The notes under the pieces: model-generated
The model's database searches: none
What the model was told of the DNA's origin: nothing
What the model saw: only the letters and a program-made list of their open reading frames with translations
Shown: positions 57,919 to 64,000 of the stretch, in pieces
Layout: each line of letters starts with the position of its first letter
How positions within the stretch are numbered: position 1 is the first letter of the stretch
IMG/VR virus record: IMGVR_UViG_3300031992_000012
Location: 96,001-160,000 of that record
DNA length: 64,000 bases
Reading direction: 5' to 3' (one strand)
Source: a virus
Lineage: Duplodnaviria; Caudoviricetes
Translations under genes and position numbers: made by a program

Positions 57919-58016
57919 TACTGTAAAGATTTCGGCATTGACTATAATTAAGGCATTGAAGAACGCCGGGGAATCCCCGGCGGGTGAAAAAGCCGGCCGC
58001 CATCAGATTCTCTTAT

Positions 58017-58486
58017 CTGTAGGGACCGGCACTCCACGTTCGCCCGAACTTTATCCGGATTCCATCCGGAACAGTTCGAGGCTCAGTTACGGCTGGTCCC
58101 TACAGAACGCTCAAATGAAGAATGCCTTTTGGTTTAACACGAGTAGTTGGAAAAGCCACGGGCTGCCCGTGGCGCCGAAGATGCCAGGTCCTAATGGCGC
58201 ATCTTCACCCGCAACTCGAGCTGGAGCCGCCTCCTGGGGCAGGAGGCGGAGCCAGCTCGAGTGTCGGCTTACAGATGAGTAAAGAACTACTTGACGATGT
58301 TTGGGATTTGTCGCAGGCATCCTGCGACGCACAGATTGGTCGGTGGGAATTCAGTCCAGGCTCCACCAATCCGGATACCTTGAGGCAGGCTACGCGGCCA
58401 ATCGCCTGTCTCCGTCAAGACAGGCACGGCCAGCTCGCCTGCCTCAAGGTATCGCTACTGGTTCCGTGTGTATAAGGAAACATCGT
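58017..58486 (+). ncRNA. Candidate structured ncRNA(s) upstream of the tRNA array
   Basis: Stems 58017-30/58092-105, 58215-58261, 58374-90/58437-53, 58294-302/58478-86; no credible ORF. Confidence 0.5.
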
Positions 58487-58503
58487 GTATATTTAATTTC
58501 TGC

Positions 58504-58580
58504 GCAGGCATGGCTGAGTGGTCAAAGGCGCCGGACTGCAAATCCGTTAGTCACTGGTTCAAATCCAGTTGCCTGCTCCA
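58504..58580 (+). tRNA. tRNA-Cys(GCA)
   Basis: GCAGGCA/TGCCTGC acceptor, CT-GCA-AA loop, TTCAAAT, TCCA. Confidence 0.92.
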
Positions 58581-58590
58581 AGCTCTTTTT

Positions 58591-58682
58591 GGTGGGTCTT
58601 CCCCTCGCCGGTCTGTAAAACCGGTGTCCATGAAACAGAGGGGTCAGTTTGACGAGTGGGGCGGAACCACGACCCGCCACCA
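58591..58682 (+). ncRNA. tRNA-like RNA with GTA anticodon arm and rearranged fold
   Basis: GGTGGGTC/GACCCGCC + ACCA; CCCCTC/GAGGGG encloses GCCGGT-CT-GTA-AA-ACCGGT; no D-loop. Confidence 0.65.
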
Positions 58683-58689
58683 TCTTTAC

Positions 58690-58762
58690 GGTTTCGTAGC
58701 TCAGTCGGTAGAGCAGCGGACTCTTAATCCGTCGGTCCTCGGTTCAAGCCCGAGCGAAGCCA
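58690..58762 (+). tRNA. tRNA-Lys(CTT)
   Basis: Canonical cloverleaf, CT-CTT-AA; CCA not encoded. Confidence 0.92.
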
Positions 58763-58769
58763 TCATATA

Positions 58770-58844
58770 GGCCTTGTAGTACAGTGGTCAGTATGCGCGG
58801 CTGTCTACCGCGCGACATGGGTTCAAATCCCGTCAAGGTCGCCA
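58770..58844 (+). tRNA. tRNA-Asp(GTC)
   Basis: CGCGG-CT-GTC-TA-CCGCG; GCCA end. Confidence 0.9.
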
Positions 58845-58853
58845 GTTTTATTT

Positions 58854-58940
58854 CGGCGAGTAAGCTCAGCGGTCTTATAAGCCGTGCGTTTATAATCGAG
58901 CAGCGGTTGCATGCAGGTCCGACTCCTGCCTCGCCGACCA
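58854..58940 (+). ncRNA. tRNA-like RNA with TAT anticodon arm and rearranged fold
   Basis: CGGCGAG/CTCGCCG + ACCA; GCTC/GAGC encloses GCGGT-CT-TAT-AA-GCCGT; T-arm GCAGG-TCCGACT-CCTGC. Confidence 0.65.
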
Positions 58941-58950
58941 AAGCTCTAGT

Positions 58951-59026
58951 TCCAGCGTAGCTCAGTTGGTAGAGTAAGTGGCCGTTAACCACAAGGTCGC
59001 AGGTTCAAAACCTGCCGCTGGAGCCA
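58951..59026 (+). tRNA. tRNA-Asn(GTT)
   Basis: TCCAGCG/CGCTGGA acceptor; CC-GTT-AA loop; GCCA. Confidence 0.9.
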
Positions 59027-59135
59027 GTTTGTCCCCCGTCCGTGTTTCCCTTTGTTTGACGATTCAAAAAGTAAACGTGCCTGTTTATCTCTGAATTGGT
59101 GGTTGATGTTAGTTCCCGGACGGGGGACTTTTCAA

Positions 59136-59225
59136 GGAAGGATGCCGGAGTTGGTCTAACGGAACGGACTGCTAATCCGTGGGGATTCAATGCCCGCCTG
59201 AGTTCGAATCTCAGTCCTTCCGCCA
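59136..59225 (+). tRNA. tRNA-Ser(GCT)
   Basis: Long variable arm; CT-GCT-AA; GCCA. Confidence 0.92.
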
Positions 59226-59235
59226 TTCGTTTACC

Positions 59236-59307
59236 GCCTTCGTAGCACAGCGGCAGTGCAGGCGCCTTGTAAGCGCCAGGTCCTCGGTTCAAATCCGAGC
59301 GAAGGCT
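59236..59307 (+). tRNA. tRNA-Thr(TGT)
   Basis: GGCGC-CT-TGT-AA-GCGCC; CCA not encoded. Confidence 0.9.
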
Positions 59308-59311
59308 TCAT

Positions 59312-59402
59312 GGAGGGATGCAGGAGTGGTTTATCTGGCCGGTCCCGAAAACCGGTGTGCGCCTCAAAACGCCCCTGGGTTCGAATCCCAGTCCCTCCGC
59401 CA
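59312..59402 (+). tRNA. tRNA-Ser(CGA)
   Basis: CCGGT-CC-CGA-AA-ACCGG; long variable arm; GCCA. Confidence 0.9.
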
Positions 59403-59660
59403 TAGATTTCATCACAAGCAGGAAAGGGTTCTTTTTACCTCTCTTCAATCTCATCTGTTTTTGAACCTCTTGACTGTTTGACGATGAAAAAGAAAGCAGG
59501 CTTAATGGGAGAGGCGAGCTCCCCTGCGTTCCCGTGGTAACAGCGGGGCAACGTGGTAGTTTAAATTGCGTAAAGAACGCCTGCGGGCATTTCCGCCGTA
59601 CGCATAAGGGAGTCCCGTCATACCTCCTCCCGCAGCGCAACCTTCGGCGGCTTTTGCGAC

Positions 59661-59694
59661 GACCCGTCCATCAGAAACGAGGACGGGTCTTTTT
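59661..59694 (+). terminator. Intrinsic terminator after the tRNA array
   Basis: gacccgtcc/ggacgggtc followed by TTTTT. Confidence 0.7.
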
Positions 59695-59753
59695 GTACGA
59701 ATGGCTACGACCGGCCTTCGTGATATTCCGATGAACCCACATATGTCCGACGC

Positions 59754-59782
59754 TTGATTGACAGGTCGTCCCGATGTAGAAT
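59754..59782 (+). promoter_or_regulatory. Sigma70-like promoter
   Basis: TTGATT-N17-TAGAAT upstream of an SD-led small ORF. Confidence 0.55.
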
Positions 59783-59827
59783 AAGCTCCACTGAGTCGAA
59801 ACAGACGTAACAAGGAGCGCAATCAAC

Positions 59828-59977
59828 ATGACAAGGGCAGACGACTATTTGGCGGCGAAAGGACATAGGACACTCCTCCTGAACGGCGGTGAAACTTCGT
59901 ATACGAGCGGAAACGTCCGTTCACTCGGAGTAAAGAGGAAGACTGTGAAAGATGGGGTCAAAGGAAGACAGGATTGA
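59828..59977 (+). CDS. 49-aa basic protein (not in the ORF track)
   Basis: SD aaggag; MTRADDYLAAKGHRTLLLNGG...GRQD*. Confidence 0.5.
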   Translation: MTRADDYLAAKGHRTLLLNGGETSYTSGNVRSLGVKRKTVKDGVKGRQD

Positions 59978-60089
59978 ATTCAATGTGCCAGGAGTGGTCG
60001 TGCTTCTGGCGCTTGCGCTGTTCTTCCCGGTGGAAACGCTGCTGATGTGTGCGTTGGCCGGGTTGCTGTGGCGCGCGATGGGCGATTAG
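59952..60089 (+). CDS. 45-aa membrane peptide (not in the ORF track)
   Basis: MGSKEDRIEFNVPGVVVLLALALFFPVETLLMCALAGLLWRAMGD*. Confidence 0.5.
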   Translation: MGSKEDRIEFNVPGVVVLLALALFFPVETLLMCALAGLLWRAMGD

Positions 60090-60264
60090 GAAAGATGTCG
60101 CCCTCTGGGTTTTGAGGAACACCGGGGATTCCCCGGTGGACGCGCAAAGGCGGTTGGAATTGCAGAAGCCTTACGGACTTCAGCTTATGAAGAGTACACC
60201 CGGAAAGAATATGTCATCCAAGGCTTTGTATGACATCCTTTCCGAGTCCACTCCTCACCGCTGA

Positions 60265-60830
60265 AGACCGACGGCTTCCCGTATTAAGAACACCCAGGAA
60301 AAACTTCGTGACTGGTATCCTGCTCGATGCTTCCCTATCGGGTTGTGAGCCCTGAAGACGGCAATGGCGCATTTGTGGCCATTACCGTGCCCGCGACAGG
60401 GGTTTTGTTTGATTTTACCCTGTCCCTGCCTGCCTGTGAGCAGCCATCCATTGAGGGGGCCTGCTCGGTCGCCGCTGGCCGAAACTCCACAGCTAGTAGA
60501 AGGCGGCGATCGTCCCCGAGGCGCGTCATAGGGGAGTATCGCAGGCAAACGCGTCCTTTGATTAATCTGGAGTAAGCTTGAACTTCGCCAGGGCAACCCT
60601 GGCGTGTCGCACTTGCATGTGACATTCAACGGCTTTTCCAGAAGAACGTATTCGCGTCTCAAGTCGCCGATCGATAGACGAACACGCTGCACTCGTTCAT
60701 CTCTCGATCGGCGACCAACCGTCGCGATACTTACTTCTGGATTAAGCTCTAAAGAAGCCCCTACCCTTTAATACAATGTTTGGACATGCCATGGCATCCA
60801 TGGCGGTTCCCGTCGGAACAGTCAATACGG
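60265..60830 (+). ncRNA. Candidate large multi-stem ncRNA
   Basis: At least eight stems, several nested, G-U pairs mostly on the + strand; no credible ORF. Confidence 0.5.
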
Positions 60831-61569
60831 CGAGCGCACTACGGACCTAGTCCGGAAGCTTCACGTTATTTAACACGGAAGTTAAATAACCTTCCAGCTT
60901 CCGGACTCAGTCCACCGTGCTTGCCCATTTCAAAGAAACATTCAAAAGCGTTTTGGACCATGTCCGGGAACTCCGGACGACTCGTAAAAGGAGAAAGGAA
61001 TCTAGTTACCTTGACGCGGCCGTAGCAGCGCGCACAGACCAGCATCCACTTCGGTAGCTGCTAGGTCTGATGTCGCGCTGCTACGGCCGCGTCCTCGTTT
61101 CAACAAAAGGAAAACGCAATCAAATTTCCCGAAGGACATTCGGACACCGGCCGGGAATCCTGGCCGTCTCTGAAAGGGACAGAGAATAATGGAATCTTAA
61201 ACCAGGTGCACCCATGCTCCAGCTACGGGATGGCGCCACACGCCGTACGCGTCGTGCCGGCGCCATCCCACGCTTACGCGGGTACACCGATGGTTTACCA
61301 TTCCCATAAAAGGAATGTCAACGTCACCATAAAGCATTCGACTAAGGGCGAGGTACCCTCGCCGTGTTCCATTTGGAACAGGGAATTCACGGGACTCGCG
61401 CAGCCCAGCGCTGTGCGTGCCCTATGACGACTAATTCCCTGGCAGAAATATGAATGCCAGGCAATTCGTCAGCCACAGTGCCCGCACAGCGCTGGGCTGC
61501 TCTCGTCACCACAAAGGGAATGCTTTCCGCACGGCCGCCAGAACGGGTTTTCAACCATACAGGTATGAA

Positions 61570-62133
61570 ATGAAGATTCTAGCAATGGACCCCGCCCTGC
61601 GGCACACCGGCATAGTCCTCTTCGAAGACGGAAACCCTGTCTATGCAGACGTCCTCACCACCAAGCCGAACAAGCAGAAGTGGATGACGGTCGCCGAAAA
61701 AGACCAGGGTGACATGTCAGACTGGGCAAGGACGATTCGCCGGATAATCAGGGAGAAGCAACCGGACATCATCTGCTGTGAGCAGAGTCTGGGTGGTGGC
61801 CAGAGCGCGAGCTCCGTCAAGGCTCTCGCTCTGGTCAACGGCGCGATGTATGCGATGTCGACGGAAGACGCGATGCCACCGTGGATTTTCACGAGAGTGC
61901 ACGATGCCAAGAAAGCCGTCACGGGGAAGACAACCGCTTCGAAAAACGAAATGATCGAAGGCGCTGTCAAGATGTTCCCCTCAATTCGCAAACGTCTCGT
62001 GTCGGTCAAATCGGCCGACGGATGGACAGGCGACGCAGAGCATATAGCCGATGCGTGCGCGTCCTATCTTGTCTGTGTGAACTCCCCCGCAGTCAGAGTA
62101 TTGCTGAATCCGAAAGGAAGATGCAAAGAATAA
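61570..62133 (+). CDS. RuvC-like Holliday junction resolvase
   Basis: KILAMDP-x4-TG, PDIICCE, KKAVTG-x3-ASK-x-EM, HIADA. Confidence 0.88.
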   Translation: MKILAMDPALRHTGIVLFEDGNPVYADVLTTKPNKQKWMTVAEKDQGDMSDWARTIRRIIREKQPDIICCEQSLGGGQSASSVKALALVNGAMYAMSTEDAMPPWIFTRVHDAKKAVTGKTTASKNEMIEGAVKMFPSIRKRLVSVKSADGWTGDAEHIADACASYLVCVNSPAVRVLLNPKGRCKE

Positions 62134-62645
62134 TTGGCTGCACTCATTTTGACGATGAGAACATGGCCTCTATCAGGGGGTTCGCCTCCGTGTCCGAAAT
62201 GGACAGCATGATGGAGGCCATGTGGAACTCGGCCGTATCTGAAGATGACTTGATCTACGTGCTTGGCGACTTTGCGGTACGTAGGCCGGCATACTGGAAT
62301 GAACGGCTGAAGGGAAGGAAAATCCTGATACTCGGAAACCATGACGGTTTCATGGCGAAGGAGGCGGGATTTATTTCGGTACAGGAAACACTGATGGTCA
62401 ACGTAAGGCTTCAACGCGACACCCAGGCATGCTTCCTGTCGCACTACCCGTTTCTAAGCTGGCCGGAGCGAGGGAACGGAAGTGTGCATCTGCATGCCCA
62501 CTGCCACGGAAGACAGCCCGCGTCGCTGCCCGGAATGCCGGGGCCTGCACGTTTGGACATGAGCGCCGAACTGTGGAGGTTCCAGCCTGTGCCACTCGAA
62601 CAAGCAATCAACAAAGCAAAAGAAAAGGAAGAAAAACATGGCTAA
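62121..62645 (+). CDS. Calcineurin-like metallophosphoesterase
   Basis: xTHF, WNSAV-x3-D-x2-YVLGDF, GNHD, SHYP, HLHAHCH. Confidence 0.85.
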   Translation: MQRIIGCTHFDDENMASIRGFASVSEMDSMMEAMWNSAVSEDDLIYVLGDFAVRRPAYWNERLKGRKILILGNHDGFMAKEAGFISVQETLMVNVRLQRDTQACFLSHYPFLSWPERGNGSVHLHAHCHGRQPASLPGMPGPARLDMSAELWRFQPVPLEQAINKAKEKEEKHG

Positions 62646-62877
62646 CAATATCACGATTTGTGTCCGCGTTAACAACGACGATGTGTACCTCACCTCCGGC
62701 GACGTCCACCACAGCTTCACCGCCGGCGAACTCCGCCGCGCCGCCGCCGCGTACGGCATCTCCATCAACGACGCCAAGCTGATTCGCAATGGCCAGACCA
62801 TCTCCGACGGCGAAATCGTCAACGACGGCGATGTCATCCGCACGCATTTCGGCAAGGGTGAGGACGGCCTCCGCTAA
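62638..62877 (+). CDS. Ubiquitin-like (beta-grasp) protein
   Basis: 79 aa; FTAGEL...IRNGQ...IVNDGDVIR...GEDG-LR; directly upstream of an E2-like gene. Confidence 0.65.
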   Translation: MANNITICVRVNNDDVYLTSGDVHHSFTAGELRRAAAAYGISINDAKLIRNGQTISDGEIVNDGDVIRTHFGKGEDGLR

Positions 62878-62900
62878 TCCGCTGGCCTGACTAATCCCAT

Positions 62901-62953
62901 CGGGCCGGTGCAGCAATATCCAAGCTGCACCGGCCCGTTTCCTTATTTTTTTA
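62901..62953 (+). terminator. Hairpin/terminator between Ubl and E2
   Basis: cgggccggtgcagc/gctgcaccggcccg (14 bp) followed by a T-rich run. Confidence 0.7.
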
Positions 62954-62972
62954 TTAGCAATCAGGAGAACCG

Positions 62973-63752
62973 ATGAACAAAGAGCTGGAACCAGAATTGC
63001 TTATCGTGGGGAACACCATTCACAAAGTGAGAAGAACCATTGAAGAATCCGCGTCGTTCGACGACCTGGTTGCGCAGGTTCGTGTCGAGCGCGGCGACAA
63101 CCTCACGATGACACCTCCTCTCCCCGCCGCCGACGGCGCCTGCCGAATCTACGCCGAGCGCGGCAAGTATCGCGGGATGCTCATACAGAACAACCCGTGC
63201 GTGCGCAAGATCAATTATCACGACATCACCGACGACAGGCAGCCCGAGAAGACCTTCGAGGTATCTCTGCCATGGGTATGGGTGATGTGCGTATTCCAGG
63301 AAACGAACAAGAACAAGTTCGAGTGGATCAACTGCTACTTGTGCGCGACCTACCAGAACATCGTACAGAACGACCTGTCCGAGCCTGTCTTCCGCGTCCC
63401 TCTCCCGAATCAATGGGGAGCGGGACAGGGAAAGATGTGCACGGGCAGCGCTTTCCGTGGCATGGACACGTCCATGGCCCTCACGGCTGGACGCTGGATT
63501 ACCTGTCTCTGGGACTCGACCTTCAACGGCGACCTGGAGCCAAGCGTCCCCTCATCCCTCAGCTCCGCCTGGCGCGCGCCCCGTGGCGATGTCCATCGAA
63601 CCGTCCGCATCATGTCCATGCTCCGCAAGTGGGAGGAGATGACCAAGGAGAACAAGGTCTGCTCCCTCAGCCGTGAATTCGGCCTTCAGGAATACGGATG
63701 CAACATCGGCGGATTCATACAGCACGCGTTCTCAGGTCGTGACCACCTGTAA
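62973..63752 (+). CDS. Prokaryotic E2 family D / PRTRC protein B-like
   Basis: VSLPWV...VFRVPLPN-x5-GKMCTG...WDSTFNGDL; conserved Cys. Confidence 0.75.
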   Translation: MNKELEPELLIVGNTIHKVRRTIEESASFDDLVAQVRVERGDNLTMTPPLPAADGACRIYAERGKYRGMLIQNNPCVRKINYHDITDDRQPEKTFEVSLPWVWVMCVFQETNKNKFEWINCYLCATYQNIVQNDLSEPVFRVPLPNQWGAGQGKMCTGSAFRGMDTSMALTAGRWITCLWDSTFNGDLEPSVPSSLSSAWRAPRGDVHRTVRIMSMLRKWEEMTKENKVCSLSREFGLQEYGCNIGGFIQHAFSGRDHL

Positions 63753-63761
63753 GGAGGAGTC

Positions 63762-64000
63762 ATGAACCAGGAATACGTGAAAATCGAAACCGAGAAGGAG
63801 CTAAAGCAGAGCTTCTTCGAAGCGTTCCAGCGTGCCCGCAGGACACCAGTACCAAACCACCCGTTTGTTGTGGTAGCCGAGATTTTCCGGCAGCGCAACA
63901 TTCCGACCGAATGGATGACAGACGGTCAGCTTATCCAGGACGACGTCAAACGTCTCCTGATGAGACTTGAGATGAACGGGCTTCCTGTGGCCACCTCATA
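63762..64000 (+). CDS. Hypothetical protein, truncated by the window end
   Basis: SD aaggagg; MNQEYVKIETEKELKQ... open to the end. Confidence 0.65.
   Translation, partial: MNQEYVKIETEKELKQSFFEAFQRARRTPVPNHPFVVVAEIFRQRNIPTEWMTDGQLIQDDVKRLLMRLEMNGLPVATS

Noticed and set aside
58340-58368. GGCTCCACCA resembles a tmRNA 3' end
   Set aside because: No proper T-arm (GTTCRA) before it and no matching GGGGxTG...TTCGAC 5' end; CCACC pairs locally with GGTGG.
57719-61427. ORF-track ORFs across the tRNA/ncRNA island
   Set aside because: They overlap tRNAs or stems, lack SD sites and lack phage-like codon bias.
57500-61560. RNase P RNA, group I/II intron or CRISPR array in the non-coding island
   Set aside because: No GAGGAAAGTCC, no recognisable intron core or domain V, and no direct repeats with regular spacers.
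1-64000. Alternative genetic code or stop-codon reassignment
   Set aside because: Genes are full length in code 11, TAA/TGA/TAG all end genes, and no suppressor tRNA is seen.

Overview
This window is 64 kb of a large, GC-rich, contractile-tailed (myovirus-like) phage genome, standard genetic code. From left to right: (1) 1-8.0 kb, small accessory genes including a Dam methylase, a DUF2829/Tad2-like domain and two catalytically degenerate ABC-ATPase C-terminal fragments. (2) 8.1-23 kb, a head module with a split, intein-containing RNA polymerase beta' C-terminal subunit, glycine-zipper proteins, prohead protease, scaffold, decoration protein, major capsid protein and an initiator-like tRNA. 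(3) 23-51 kb, neck, sheath, tube, spike, frameshifting tail chaperone, tape measure, baseplate (with an embedded sigma factor) and fibre genes. (4) 51-57.5 kb, further head-type genes and the terminase large subunit on the minus strand. (5) 57.5-61.5 kb, a mostly non-coding island with 7 conventional tRNAs, two CCA-ending tRNA-like RNAs sharing a rearranged fold, and several long, heavily base-paired segments. (6) 61.6-64 kb, a RuvC-like resolvase, a metallophosphoesterase, and a ubiquitin-like protein next to a prokaryotic E2. The most novel-looking signals are a pervasive K-x-A motif in head proteins, the rearranged tRNA-like pair and candidate large ncRNAs, a dispersed palindrome (TTTWCAACGCGTTGGAAA) embedded even inside genes, and the Ubl-E2 pair. 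All calls come from motif recognition and synteny by eye; no searches or folding programs were run.
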